From: Vermamoeba vermiformis
Taxonomy: Eukaryota
Direction of reading: 5' to 3'
Assembly: GCA_045837725.1 (NCBI GenBank)
Contig: JBEWZL010000121.1
Location: 248,001 to 312,000, forward strand
DNA: 64,000 bases
Position numbers and translations under genes: made by a program. The notes beneath the pieces are model-generated. The model was not told the DNA's origin. It was given only the letters and a program-made list of their open reading frames with translations, and searched no databases. Position 1 is the stretch's first letter; each line of letters begins with the position of its first letter. This document shows, piece by piece, positions 1 to 14,210 of this stretch.

Positions 1-3000
1 CAGGCAAGACGTTCTCAAGCATAAGAGGAGGACGAATCTTGACGATGTGTTGATCGGCGAACTTCTGTGAAGTGTCTTGATCGATAGAGATCGAGTACAA
101 GAAGAAGTCGTTCGGGGAGATGCGGTGGTGATAGCTGGACGACTCTTCGCTTGAGCTAGAGGAGCTGGAAGCGACTTGATAGTGATCTTCAAGGTCGCAA
201 GGGAGTTGGTGTGCGCTAGGGTGCAAATTGGGCAAGAAAAAGCTCATGGAACTCCACTTGTAGCCGAGCTCATACGGTCTGAAGCGAATCTCGGCATTGT
301 GCGTCAAGTACTGCAAGGGCACGGAGACGGTGCGATTGGGCTCTAGGCACTTGTTAGCCACGTCAACCAGGGGAGTGTAATGAGTTACTTACGAACTACG
401 AATCGGTGTTTCTCTTCGTCCATGGAAACAAGAGCTTCCAAGGGGATCTCTGTCTGATTCTGCAACAGGACAGGGGACGAGAAGATAATCACCTTCGAGC
501 CACGCTGATACTTGACTTGGTAGACAATCTTTTTGTTGACACCAGCATTGATAGTGAACTTAATCCAAAATGTCAGTTGTGACACGTAAAGAACATATGC
601 AGAATTAATTTATATTATGAAAACGTCCATACCTTGCCAGTGTTGCCGAGATCAATGTTATCGACGCGTTCAAAGCCCTCCACTTGAATAGACAAGTTCT
701 GACGAGGACGAACACCACCGATACGAACAAATGTGCCGGTAACATCATCGGCCACAGTGCTCATTAGAATGGCCTGTTTCTTGTTGTGCAACAAGCGTCT
801 CTCTTGTCCGGTCAAGCTGAAGAACAATGGCATGCCAGTCACGTTTCTGATGTAGTAATCAGTCCTTAGAGTGTTTGACTCCATTGTGCCTGCATCCTCT
901 TCTTCGTAGTCTTCATCTGAGGCATCGTAGTCGCTAAACCTTGAGGCTGTATAACTAGTTAGTAATGTGAATTATAATGTCCCTAGACTACACGTACTAT
1001 CAGATGTCTGAGCCATCACTGCACGATCATTAGCATTCGCAATTTCGTTTGAAAGTGCGTTGCGCTGACGGATCTGATTGTCTGCCTCAGCAAGAGTCTC
1101 AAGTTGTTGTGACTTCTTGCCAGTCTTGAGTTGACCTCGGGCATCGTATGTGTTATCACCGACAAATTGATTTTGGTCGTTGTCTGATTGTTGGCTGAAT
1201 ACTTGTTTGTTCTCGCGCATTGCTTGGTCAGTGATGTCGTACGGGTTGACTTGATTCTGGTAATTGACAGCGTTTTCTGTTTCTTTACCCTTGTACTTCT
1301 TGTTAATCTCCGCGGCTTCGTCCAACTCATTAACGGGTTGTGTGCTGGGTCTTTCGTTGCCAACAGTTGTCTTCCAGTCCTCCGTCCACTCTTCGATGGT
1401 GTTCTTCATTGTGTACAACAGAGGGCCAGTCATATTCATGTTCATGACATCAGTGCTCCAAACTTGAACTGTTGTGCCTCCGAGTTTGGCTTGAACTTTC
1501 CATGGTTCCAAGAATGGCTCCCAAGCAGAGTTTACATTGTTGTAATAGCTGCCAGAGAGGCGAGTCCACGCCAAGAATGAAGTAGTGCTTTGAGTTATAA
1601 TGATCTCAGAAGTAAACTCGTCAACTAGCAGTCGCGCGAGAGGTCTGTCATAGCCTCGAACATCATCGAGCAACAAGATTTCGAGTCTGTAAGGAGGGAG
1701 AACAATCTTTTGCGTGGACTTGGGAGTCGTGCTTTGCAATGTGATGATTTCGCGCTCTTGTTCTTCTCTTTCAGCTTCAATGGCCTTCTTGTCTTCTCTA
1801 CTCTCGCCGTGCGAAGAGGTGTCGTCCTCAGAGTTCCTGGACTCACGCGAACGACCAATGCTCATCAAGGTCTTGACTTGTTCATCCTCTTCGAGCTCAA
1901 TGCTGCCTTTCAAGTGTTGGCCATCCTCGCCCCCTTCGAAGTCTCGCTCGAATGGGTTGTCATGCACGTTAGTGGCTTGAACAACAACAGGCTCGCTCCT
2001 GTCGTGGGATTGAGCTACACCGAGCATTGCTTTCTTTCGAGCAACAGATCGAGCAATACGGACATCAGAGGGATCTTGGAGTCCGGAGGACTTGGCTTGA
2101 CGGCTTTGTCGGATTTTCACGGTCTCGTCTTCTTTGGTCACGCGCTGGTCAATCAAATCAAGCGTCTTCTTTGCTTCCATGTCCAAGTGCTTTTCTTGCA
2201 AACGCGCCATTTTTTTCTGGCGTCTCTGATCATTCAATTGCTCGTCGGTAAACTCTTCAGAATCCGAGCTGAGCTCCAGCTTGCCCTTGATATCTTTCTT
2301 CTCCATCGCCTTGTTCAGCTTGTCCTTGGCAGATGAGATCGCTTCTTTAGATTCCTCAAAGGTTTGAGAATACGGTGTAGCAGTCTGCATCAAGGGCATT
2401 GCAGTCGTCCATTGATTGGCAATTTTAGCACCAACCTTGATGTCGCTGTATGAGAGGACAATACGGACAGTCTTGAGACTAGTGGACACGTCAATGAATT
2501 GAGGACCACTGGTGACATCTGTGGCAATATCGAACGGCTCGATAATAGAGATACCTTGGCCCTATTGAAAGCATAGTTAGATACGGCTCACTTCTTGAAT
2601 TTAGACTACTTACTGCTTTGATGACCTGACACTTGAACATCTCAGTGCCCTTAGTGTTGACAGCAATGCGGGTCTGATAATTGTAGACGGCAATGTCCAA
2701 CACGGCGTTGGTGTTCAACACAAAGCCGCGCGAGGAAGCATCATCCATGTTTTCCACAAAGCTGACTTGTGCACGAGAGAGCGTAAGCTGCATAGCAACA
2801 CCAGCGGCAATTCGCTGTCGCTCTTTCTCGTCTTTTTCGTGCTTCTTGTCAGGATCACGTCGAAGCTCGATTTGGCTTTGGATCGGGTTAAGCAGATCAA
2901 GGATCCTCGTGCGGCGGTCTAAGACCTTGTACAACTTGTTGATAAGGGGCATCAAGATGTTAATGATGGAGAAGATCAACTCGGGAATGGGAATGATTCT

Positions 3001-6000
3001 GAAGCCATCAAGAACCAACTAAGCAATTGACGAGTTAGAAAGAGATTAAAAAAATGTATAAAATACGCACGTTGATGTCTTGATGCTGATTGGCGTGCAT
3101 AATAATAGTGCCAGAGAGGAATTGTGCGAATTGAGAAGGCTCCTGTTTCTTATTCTCAAGTGGCACCAAGAATTCTCTGAACTCTGGAACAATTTCAACA
3201 TCACCCCGACGCTTCATAGTATCCTCTGCCTTCAGAGTCAAGAGGTGAAGATCGATCTTTGTCATGCCGTAGCTGGCGGCAGTCACGTTGACTTCGAAGC
3301 CTTTAGCCTTTAGCTTCACAAGTGCCTCAGGAGATCTGCAACAAATTAGTACTCATGTAAATAATTACTCTATGAACTACGTACACTTCGGGTGCGGTCT
3401 GATAGTCATAAATCTGGAATTGCAACTTCTTGATTTCCAAGTTGAGAATGAGGGAGTTCCATTCGAATAACTCGACCTCGCTCAGTCTCTTGGACAACAA
3501 CTTGTCTTGGTTTCTTTGCACCTCGGCGTTCTTTCGTTGAGCACGAACTAAGTGTTATTAGTACGGGTTGAGAAGGAGAATTACAAATGCTTACTGAGCT
3601 CAGGTGAAGGCATAAACAAGATGTTGTCGTTCCAGACATCTAGCAAAGTGCTGATTTGCTCCGGAGTTATCGCAAGCTTAGCTTCAGGAATGGCGACAGT
3701 AGTCTTAACGGCGGTGCCGTAAGTACGAATCGCAATTGGGTTGATGGGACGTTCAACATCAATGCTAGCATTGAGGCCCTTGAGGATCAGAGGCCCTTTT
3801 TCAGCGGGCTCATCACGCGCTTTAATCTCTCGCTGCTTGAACTTGCCAGTGGTCATGGTGACGTTCTGCACACGAATGCTGATTTCTTCGAACATTGTGT
3901 AGGACTTGATGAACGCGTTCTGAACCACGACCTCGCCGATTTGAAGAATCAGCGCATCGCCAGCGGAGCATTTTTCTTCGTTTCTATCAGCGCACGCAGA
4001 AGCAGGCACAATGACCATTGGTGCGTTCATTTCGATGTAGAAGCGCAACACTATCGCAATTTAGAAACATGCGCTAATTAACTTCTTGTTCACTTACTCT
4101 TAGTATCATCTTTGTAGATTTGTTCTAACCTCTCAGCCACAGCAACGGCAGCAGCTTCGAATAGGTTTTGGAACACACCAAAGAAGCTGGCCAATTCTTC
4201 CACGAATCGCTCGATGTAGATCATTCGCAACGAATTCATTTTCACGCCGACACGATATTCCTGCTCGACCTCGGGGAATTCGATGCACGGGGCAATGGCA
4301 AAGTCCATTTCCATCACATTGTCACCGCGCACATCTACAATGTTGCGGAACTTGGCCGGACCAGTCATGTCCTTCACGCGAGCTCTTTCAAGAACGGCCT
4401 AAAGAGGTGTTAAGATTTGTTGAGGAATGAAGGTAAAGTGGTACTTACGTGCATGAAAATGCCGTTGTTTTGGATCTTCATTAAAGTGTTCATGCCGCGC
4501 ATTTGAATGACCCCCATTGCTTTGGCGTGGTCGTTCAATAAGACGTTAATAGTCTTGATCTGAATGCCGAGTTTGAAAGTGACACGATTCTCGAACAAAC
4601 GATGTGCCACATCATCTTCTTCTGCGATGTTGACAATCTCTTTGTAAGGCTTGGTCATGGCTAGACTACCATCATTAGACGTAATGTCCAAGTTATCGTG
4701 ATCAGCTTGAGGGTCAACTTCACGAGCAACAGCCGAGAGCGAACCAGTTGTTTCTTTTTCCTTCTCCTGTCGCTTCTTTTTCTTCTCTTGATGTTCGTAA
4801 GTGATGAAACTAACCTCGTTGAGCAGATATGCAATTGTCTTGCGATTGATAATCAAAGACAGCGAGTTGAAGGTGACGTCGAGCATGTTGTCGATGTTTT
4901 GATAAGCCGGAGAGGTCTCGGCAATGTTGCGAAAGCGAAGGACAATCAATTCATTCTTTTCATCAATCTCTTCGTCGATCTTGGATTCGTAGTGATATTC
5001 ATCGACATTGTTGAAGTTGACGTTGTTGAACACAAATGATGGTCCTTCTTTTGGACGGGACTCAGGTTCTGCCTTGTCCTTGTCACCAGCTTGTGACTCA
5101 TCTTCATCATCAGCCTTGTCCACCAAATTAAGCTTCTGAGCTGTGCGCGAGGATGTCACCAAGTATCTGTATTGGTCTCCAAACTTTTGCATCAAATCTT
5201 CGACGATCAAATCTTTCAAAGATCCATTCGCAACAAATTCTCTTTCCGTTTGGCGGCACTTCAATCCAAATCTCTCCAAAGTGATCTTGATGATATTACC
5301 CTCCGTGGCAACAGGGCGTCTCAACAAAATAGAAATTGATGGCACAAAGAAGCGACCTTCGAGCAAAATACCAGAGCCAGTGGAAGAGTCTTGACGGCTG
5401 CAATATGGTTAGTAACTAGGCACGGAGTTATTGCAAGTACATACTTCTTGTCAAGGACATCGAGCACTGCTTGACTGAACACATCTTTGCCGACCAACTT
5501 GCGCGTCTTCTTTACACCAGTGGAAGGTGATGAAATATCGGACATGAAGCCCAATGCAATGTGCTTCAGTGCTCTGATCTGCACAGACGAGGCCATCAAA
5601 TTAATCTCAGGTGTACTGCCCTCGAAGCTGCAAAAGAGTTAGAACTGTCTTTGTAAGCAATTCGCGGTACTTACATAATGTTTGTGAGGCTGGCAATGTT
5701 AACCTTGCAGCTGCGAACAGCCAAATTGAGATTGAAAGGCTCGAGGATATGTTGAGCACTGATCTCATTGCGACTTGCTTGGCGAATGACAGAGTCACGT
5801 TGACTAACGTCAGTGACCCAAGCCTGTACGGCAACAAGCGCAATGTTGTACGAGTCGTAGTAATTCTTGATCCAATTAGCTGAAGACTCGCCTTCAGTAG
5901 CATTTGCGCCAATGTAAGGCTCGTTGCTTTCATAGACCATGGAAGTGAAGTCATTAGGATCTTGCTTGGTGTAGTTTCCCAAGTTGGACTGTTTGCTTGG

Positions 6001-8456
6001 GTCAGTTGTGTCAGTCAGGCCAGACGTCATTGATGTGACAGCTGCTTGCTTAGTCGAAATCAACAAGCGACCCAGAACAAAGACTAACATGCCCGATAGG
6101 TCGTTCGTTGGATCCTCAGGTACCATGATGTTCGGGGCTTGAATGTCAACGGTAAGATAGACGCGCTTCTTGTACATAAGCATAGTGTTCAATACACTGG
6201 TCTTCGGCATGCTAGGGGTAGTTGAACTGAATTCCACTGCCGCGTCACTAAGAGGATCCACGAAGAAAGTCATCATGCGCTTGATGAGCTGGGCATTAGC
6301 CACAATGTTAATTGGGTTCGATGAAATGTCCAGTGCATAATCAGCATTGAGGTTCGCGGGATTAATATCGAATTGCATGGAGAAGATATTCTTGACTTCG
6401 TTGTTCGTGAAAATAATGTTTTTAAAGCGAGTGTTGGGCGTGAAGTAGTCGTGTGCCTGCATGCCAGCCAATTCAGCCTTGAGTGTAATCCATTTGTCCT
6501 TGACATCAGCGCTGAACTGGAAGGACTCGAGCAAGCATCCCATGAGTGGCTCGCCAAGCTGTGTGCGAAGCATGATGGATGTATTGATGATCAGTGCATT
6601 CATTGTGAATTCGATACTTTGCGGGGCCTTGAAACTGTCGATTTCGTGTAAATCTTCCTGATAATTGAGCGACTTATAAAGAGTTCTCCATTCATCTTCA
6701 TTGAGTTTGTCAGATTCTGTGTCCACGAGATGCGGCGCAGCCTGTTCAGCCTTCTTATGCACAAACTTGGATTTCACCCAGCCACCCATCCAGGAGAACA
6801 AACTGTTTTGCTTGTCGTCATCGGCTCCTTTCTCTTCTTCGAGGAGTTGCTTGCGGCCCTTTTCTTGCTCTTCTCTCTTCAAGTACAGCTCGGCCAGAGT
6901 ACGGAAACTAAATAACATCCTTAGTACTATGTCCTAACTCGATTTGCTTGACACTTACTAAAGGATATCTTCGTAGCTGTAACGATCTTCAATTTGAGTT
7001 AGCAAGTCCTCTTCAGTGCCACTCAGACTGACACCGAGCTTGACTCGTCGCCAAATCTTTGTGTAACTTCTCTTGTCGTCTTGGCGTTGCTTGATGTAAG
7101 TCCAGGACCATTTCTTGCGCTTCTCACGATATTGATCCAAGACTGCATTGGTGGCATAGTCCCACCACTTGCCTGGAGCTTCGCGGACAGGTACGGTGGG
7201 GCGAAGTTTGTGAAATTTCTTTCCTTGACTCCATGCAGTGATTCTCGACAGCAATAAGATCAAATCTTTGTATTGATCTTCGCGGAGATTGAGGGCGAAC
7301 TTGTCGACGAGCAACTTTCCAGCGCTCTTGGGAATATCTTTCTTCAGCATATCTTCGCGATTCCAAACCAACTACGAAGCGTTAGTATTTGATGTTATGC
7401 ACGTGCAAGTTCTTGTTACCTTAATTTCAGCACTCAAGGGCTCCAAAATAAAATTGTGCTTGGCCTTGTTAATTGTAGAATAAATAGAGCTGTACATCTT
7501 GGCCTTCAACTCCATGACATTGCTCGGGTTCATAAATGAGTTGTACGCATCCCAATACACGGCCATGTGCTTCAAGGTGAATAATTTGTGAACGACTTCC
7601 TCTTCCGTGCGTCCGACAATTGGTCTCCAAGCACCATCAGCGCTCTCAATGGCAAAGTGTTCAAGTGTCATACCAATCGAGAATGGACGCTGAAGTTAGT
7701 CGCGTAAGAAAACGAAAAAATAAGAAAAATCGCGCGACGTACCAAAGGGTTTGTCAAATCATCTTCGTAACGAATGTGAATGTTATCCACATACAATTGC
7801 AAGTTGTTTGTGATCGTAGAAATCAATCGTTTGACGAAGGAATCGTGGCTGTGTGGCTTTTCTTCGTCTATTTCCAAAATGTTAGTTTTATGAATTGCAA
7901 TGCTATAACCAGTCGCGTACCTTGATCAACGTGCTTGCGTCTGTTAGTTAAAAATGATGTAAACGTGTTCAATCGGCTCTGCGTGGCTTTTCTTTTATGA
8001 ACTTTTTCGGACTCATCCGTGTACTTTGCAACAAGGTTAATACGCACCCCGCATTATAGCAATATTATTACGCATACCTCATCAAATGACTTGGGACCTA
8101 ATATGATCAGGACGTCTGACACTCGAACTATTGTCGAATGTTCGCCCAAGTTTTGCCATGGAACGATCAGCTGCAGTTTACCGACGTAACCTGCATTGTA
8201 ATGTGAATTAGCAATAGCGCAATTAATGACGTATTGAGTAGATCGAGTCTGTACTATTGCACTTGTTATCGAACTGAAACATACCTTGCTTTATTTTAAG
8301 TGGTAAGTGTAGATCATCAAGTGCTGTCTCTTCAAGCTCGAGATCCAACAAATCCACTTCACCAGATAAACTGAATTTAATATTTCTACTCTCGAAGCCT
8401 TTGAAGTACTTTCGTAGGGCCTTCGAGAGGACAGAAGAAAATAAACTTGATAGCAT
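1..8456 (-). CDS. VPS13: VPS13-family lipid transfer protein, multi-exon, 3' part runs off the window start
   Basis: N-terminal chorein signature (LSKALRKYFKGFESRNIKFSLSGEVDLLDLEL..ALDDLHLPLKIKQG, then LQLIVPWQNL); NNLQLYVDNIHIRYED; RPTVPVREAPGKWWDYA; later YYNNVNSAWEPFLEPW. The chain of minus-strand ORFs is joined by short GT-AG introns. Confidence 0.95.
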
Positions 8457-9329
8457 TCTGTCTCTCTTGTGGTTCCGTTGTTTAAAAAATTCTAATTGAA
8501 ATAAAGCGCAATCGACAATAAAACTATACGCGCGACATGAGAAAAGCTACCTCATCCACATCTACCAGAAAACTAGTGCGGCGCGAAAACTCACGGAGAA
8601 TAAAATGAAAATAACCCAGTTGCGTAATTTGCATTACCAAAAATGCCAATACTAGCTTTGCATAATGCGTACCACGTTGTTCGCGGCCTGACGTGAATTC
8701 AAAATTGTTGTTAAGATCAAATCCGAAAATTAACGTTTACAGCAACAGCTGCGCTAAAATATGCTTAAAATACCGAATAATACCGCATTAATTTAATAAT
8801 ATGTCGTTTATACACTTACCTCGAGTTATAGTAAGAGAAGTTTTGATTTTGGATATTTGCAAGTGTTTGGTTGCTGCCAACTGAGCACTGGTCTAGTCGT
8901 AACTGCATCGGTAATATCATTTAGGTTCTTGTTGGTTGTCGTCGTAGGAAATAACTACTGTTTGGACCCAAAATAAATCTCTCCCTCTCAACAGGTCGCT
9001 GTAAATGTGCCAGGGCAGCACTGTGGTCTGTTAACCAACTGTATCACCTGGGACGATCGGAACTGCTGGTGCGAGGCAATGACCCTTCTTAGGGGAGCTT
9101 TGTGCCGAGTAAAACCTTTGATGGCTCGTCTCCGAAGATACAGGAGATTCTCAACTTTATTTTACCTTGTCACATTAGCAATCATTTCTCTCTCTTTACT
9201 TTTGAGGTGGCCGATATGAAGCAATTAAAATTGTCTTCTGTTCAATCTTTTTCTTTTCGAACGAACTTCATTTTCGAAAACTACAAAACTATCGAACATC
9301 AGAAATAAGATGAATTAATAAGCATCAAT

Positions 9330-10949
9330 ATGGAGACAACAAATACTACTGCTGCACCTACGACTGTTCAGACCTGGACGCTGCGGATCAGAGCACCAAA
9401 CGGAGAGACACGCGCGATCCCCAACATCAACCCCGATATGACTTTATTTAATTTTCAGAGGTTCCTCACGCAACTTACAAGCGTTTCTTTAGCCAATCAA
9501 AAGCGTAAGACTGAGATCCTAATTTTAAAATTATTTTTGATTTTATTACGTAATTGTAATTTTAGTCATCAGCACACATCGGCACAATATTGACTTTTTC
9601 TAGTTTTGTCGGGATTTCCACCTAAAGAGCTTACCCTACAACTTGACGAGCCGATCAAGAAAGCCCTTAACAACAATGACATCGTCATGCTGCAGGTGCG
9701 ACAGACCTCTGAGGAACCTACCAGCACATCGAGCAACAATACTACCGATAACAGTACCAACACGAATGCTCCACAGCCGACAAACCCTCCACCAGCTGCA
9801 GCTCCAAAAAAGAGACCCGCAGCCAACAATAACGCTAACAACGTACATACATTATTCGGCAATAAGAGAGGACGAGGTCGAACTGTCAAGAGCAAAGAGA
9901 ACATCGAAAGCGCATTGATCGAAGCTGCTGAATCAAAGAACAAAAGTAGATCTACAGGGGATGTTGTGTTGGACTATTTCAAAGCCTCCATGAAGAATGC
10001 GCTGCAACAACAACAAAAAGAATCGCTCGCGAACAAAGTAAGTGCCATTGTGGATATTAGTAGCGACTAACTGGTGCTCAGCGCTATCAAGCATCGTTGG
10101 CTGGTGATTTTAGTTTTGAAACTGAAGCAAGCTACCGCCTGGGCGACAATTATCAACCTAATTACACGATTAAATTCAAGTCTGGGCCAAGAACGTGGTC
10201 TGAGGAAGTGCACGAGGACTTCACCAAAGAAGAACTGGCTGGCATCATTACAGAAGTATTCAAGGTATGTGCGACTATTGACCCAAGTATACGATAACTC
10301 AACCATCAATAGACCGCGGGTGATAGCGGCAAAGAGCTTTTGAAGCCGTTTAAAATGGCCCTAGCATCACCGAGAGTATTCTGGGCGATGGTGAAACAGT
10401 TTGGCGATGTCGACAAAGGGCTCAAAGAGCTGTTACCAGACGTGAATTGGGAGTTCATTGACGAGCGCAAGAGGTCAATGAGTCAGAAGGCCATTGAGAG
10501 CCAGCACTTGAAAGATATTGTGAAGCGATTAGTCGAGGCGAAAAAGGCCCGCAAGTACGTAGTACAATTTGTTTTTATATGGCCCTGTGCTGACTAATAA
10601 TATCGATAGGGCTGAAGCAGGAGAGAATAACAATGAAGAGGAAGAAGAGAACTCAGACGAGGCACTGCTACTCGCACTCGAGGAAGACAAAGAGGAGCCA
10701 GTTGAAGAAGAGAAGGGTGACGATGAGTTCTCGCTCAACGGCAACAAAACTAAAAAACGAAAACGAACCAGTACGAAGCGAGACACAGCTCGTTCCGTGA
10801 AGCGGAAAACTAAGCAAGAAGTGGAAGAGTCTGAAGTGACTTCTATTGCTAACGAACAAGCTGATGGTGAACCCGAACAAATCGCTGACCAAACAGAGAA
10901 CTGTGCCAACACTGTCAACAACAATAATGTGACTAGTGATCTCGTGTAA
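9330..10949 (+). CDS. Protein with N-terminal ubiquitin-like (OTU1/UBX-like) domain, uncharacterised middle domain and acidic/basic tail
   Basis: LRIRAPNG...LTSVSLANQK/SGFPPKEL resembles an OTU1-type UBL fold. Consecutive + ORFs are linked by introns. No catalytic domain recognised. Confidence 0.6.
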
Positions 10950-10970
10950 ATAGTTGTTTATAATGACACT

Positions 10971-11898
10971 CTAAGCTGAGCCCATGTCATCGTCAAACTG
11001 TTGTGTCATCATATCGTGTTTCTGTAATGCCAAGAACTCGCCTAATGTAAATAAAAATCAATATAAGTGCTGAATAAAGGTTCGGCCAATTGATACACAC
11101 CCGCGTAAGGTTGAATTACAACTTCAGTTTGAGAGCGCTCATTGCCCAATGCGTCTGTGTAACGACGAGTGCGCACTGAGCCATCTACATATACGCGTGA
11201 ACCTAAAGTCAAAGATTAGTACTGGTGTTTCTAGCACTTAGCCCCGTCTGGCTGGTACCTTTTGTCGCCAATTTTTCAACCACTGAACCCAGCTTCTCGC
11301 CATAGACAACAACTCTATGCCAATCTGTGTGCATCCTAATGAAGTGTTGTTAATTATTAATTAATCAACTATGAGATGTCGCGTACTTTCTGTTTCCTTT
11401 AGCGTCTGTAATATTCTCTGAAGTCGCCATAGAAAAAAATGTTACTTGGCCTCCTGTAGCTGATTTCCTATAATAAAATATTATTAATATCATTTGAAAT
11501 ATGAGGGAGGATTACGTCAATTTGCAGATGAATGAACTCATCCCAAAATCTTCTAACTCACCTAGTAACGGCATCATTGCCAACATAGCCAATTAAAGTT
11601 ACTTTATTTACGCAGAAATCAGGATTTGAAGGCTTGCTATCGAAGAGCGTTGCTGAAATTAACCAGTTAAAATAATTATTATTTAAAATTCCCTTATCAC
11701 CAAATAATTTGACTCTTGGATAATTCGTTCTTAATAATATCTAATAGATGAGATTTTTATTTTATAAATTTTCTTACCACTTGAAGAGAACTGTCTGGCA
11801 GATTTGGTTTTACTGGCCGCGATCTTGAGAAATTTTGACTGCGCCAAGCATTTGGTCGGTTGAGTTCTGATAGCTTTTGAAAATAATTGCTTTAACAT
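10971..11898 (-). CDS. SSBP1: Mitochondrial single-stranded DNA-binding protein (bacterial SSB type), many small exons
   Basis: Manual translation gives a basic presequence MLKQLFSKAIRTQPTKCL.., then VNKVTLIGYVGND, FSMATSE, TDWHRVVVYG, SRVYVDGSVRTRRYTD. Mostly absent from the ORF track. Confidence 0.9.
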
Positions 11899-12201
11899 AG
11901 TAATTAATATTTCCAAGTGGTGTTCGTTCTAAAAAGGCAGTGCGAATTTGACGCGTGCTGCTCCCGAAATAAATTCTACTACTAAATATAGAAACTGCGT
12001 ACAGCTAAATTTACACGGCAAGTAAGACAACATTGAGATAGGAAATACTGTTGATACGAGCGGGCGTCCCGTGGAGCAGGGCTGGGAATTTTACCTCAGT
12101 CTCCAGAGCTAAACCAATCCAAGCAACGACTTTCTTTAATTAGGATTTATTTACACAAGACGCAAAAATATCATAGCTATTTACAATTAATACAACAAAA
12201 A

Positions 12202-13645
12202 TTACATGAAGTTACGGACAGGCGCGTTGGGGAAGTACGGCATGAAAGGAGCAGCTGTTCCTTGCATATAATACATCGGGTACGCGTACATTTGAGGCGG
12301 GTAAGGATAGCCAGACACAGGCATTGATGAGGGCAGATGGTTCGTCAAGACAGAGAGGGGCGGCAGAATGTTGTTGCCTTTCTCATCAGTCTGGGTGGGG
12401 AATGGCGGAGGAGGCACTCCTGGAGGCATCTTCATGTCCGCAGGAGGTGGGGGATAGCGCATAGCCATGGCCATAGGATGAGGAGGCATAGCCATATAAG
12501 GATTCATGTGGTGCATCGGCGGTTGTTTATCGTCGGATCGTTGAGCGGAAATTTGAGCGAGCAGATCTAACGGCTCGGTCTTTTCAGCTCGACGAGCTTT
12601 CTTAGGCGCGGGTTCATCCTCGTCAGAGCACGAATCGGTTTTGTCTGTCGAGTCATCTTCATCCCGCTTTCTCTTTTTAATGTCTTCAACCGAGATGCGA
12701 CGAAGCATGGTGTTCCAGTGATTTTTAAGTTGGTTCGCTGTCCTATGTAGGATAAAGTAACGTTAACCACAGCACGAGATAGAATCAGCTAGAGAGGAGA
12801 TTTATAACATTGCACGTGTTTTTTAACGTGGGATTTTTAAGATAACGACCGGAACGGAAATTAGTCCAGTTCAGGAAATAAGGCTCCATCACGAGACGAA
12901 AAGCTCACCTTCCAGGCAGAACCTTGGCTATTTCAGCCCATCTGTTGCCAAGCTTGTTATGCGCATCTTTGAGAGCCGTCCACTCTTCAGGGAGTGAGCG
13001 TATCTTTTTTGATAGCGGGATCGAGCTGGTTATACCAACTATTGAAACGTTAGCAAACATGGAGTGAAAAGGTTATGATATGAAAGGGATGACATACCGT
13101 TCACGGCATTGTTTTGGAAGGCGCCCTCGTAGGTGAGATGCAATAAAACGCCAGTTCTTAGTGCCGTATTTCTTGACCAATTCAACTAACTTTGCGTCCT
13201 CCTAGGGTCCTATGTATTAGCAATAGCTTGACGCGCATGAAAGAATAAATGACATACCTCAGAGGTCCATCGTCCCTTAATTTTAAGAACATCCGGATTT
13301 AATTGTGTCTTCCATCTGTGAATGCATTGCGCAGGTGTCTTGTCTCCAAGAGTGTCGGCAATCTTCTTCCAGTTCTTTTCTTTACACAAAATGACTGCAA
13401 TCCTCAGCTTTTCGTCCTTTGATGAGATCGGATTAGACACGCAAGCAGAAAATTCGAAGATGAAATTGACGGCTTCTAGATGCAAAAAGATTTACCTCTT
13501 CCGGGGTCCAAGAGCAATCTACATTCTCTTGGTTTCCGGATGGACTACCATCCACGCCGTCGTTGAGTTGATTATTATGAGACGGGAGAAGGGTTACACG
13601 CGGAATACTCTTCAAAAGCTCGTGGTCTTCAGTCGTTCCGCTCAT
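12202..13645 (-). CDS. Three-repeat (R1R2R3) Myb transcription factor with Pro/Met-rich C-terminus; apparent +1 frameshift at ~12990
   Basis: [89 protein letters not shown]. Confidence 0.92.
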
Positions 13646-14210
13646 TGTTTATTTGTCTTTTGGCCTATGTAGGTGTGGCTAAACGCAAAGCAGTTATGCC
13701 TCTCGTGTGGGGTTGACTAGGCGGGGTTAAATAAAATGGCCACAAAAAAAACCGCAGACCGAATAAAATATTAAAAAAACTCCCTAAACGAACTTGACGT
13801 TGAAAACTCATACGCGTGTGTGAACTGTTTTACCTTTTATGGACATTAGACCACGCACCGACGGACTAATCCAGCCCTCGATTCATACCGACATGGGATC
13901 GATAGTAATCACAACCTTGTCTATAGACAGCCTATAATGTAATTTATGTCTTTTCAGAGAATTAAAAACTTGTAGATCGCGGTTTCTCGAACAGAGAGCA
14001 GTCATGCATTTCTTAACCCGGCATATCCTGATGTATGAGTTGTCGGTTAATCATATTTCCAATCATTGATGACACGGCGAAATTGCGTAAAATTAAAACT
14101 ACGTCGCGAGTGAACATTCCGCCCGTTTTTGTGATTCGTTATCTTTCAACCTCATACTGCTTTTACCGATCAAATCTGCCGCAAAGAATAATTTTATATA
14201 TTACATGTAT

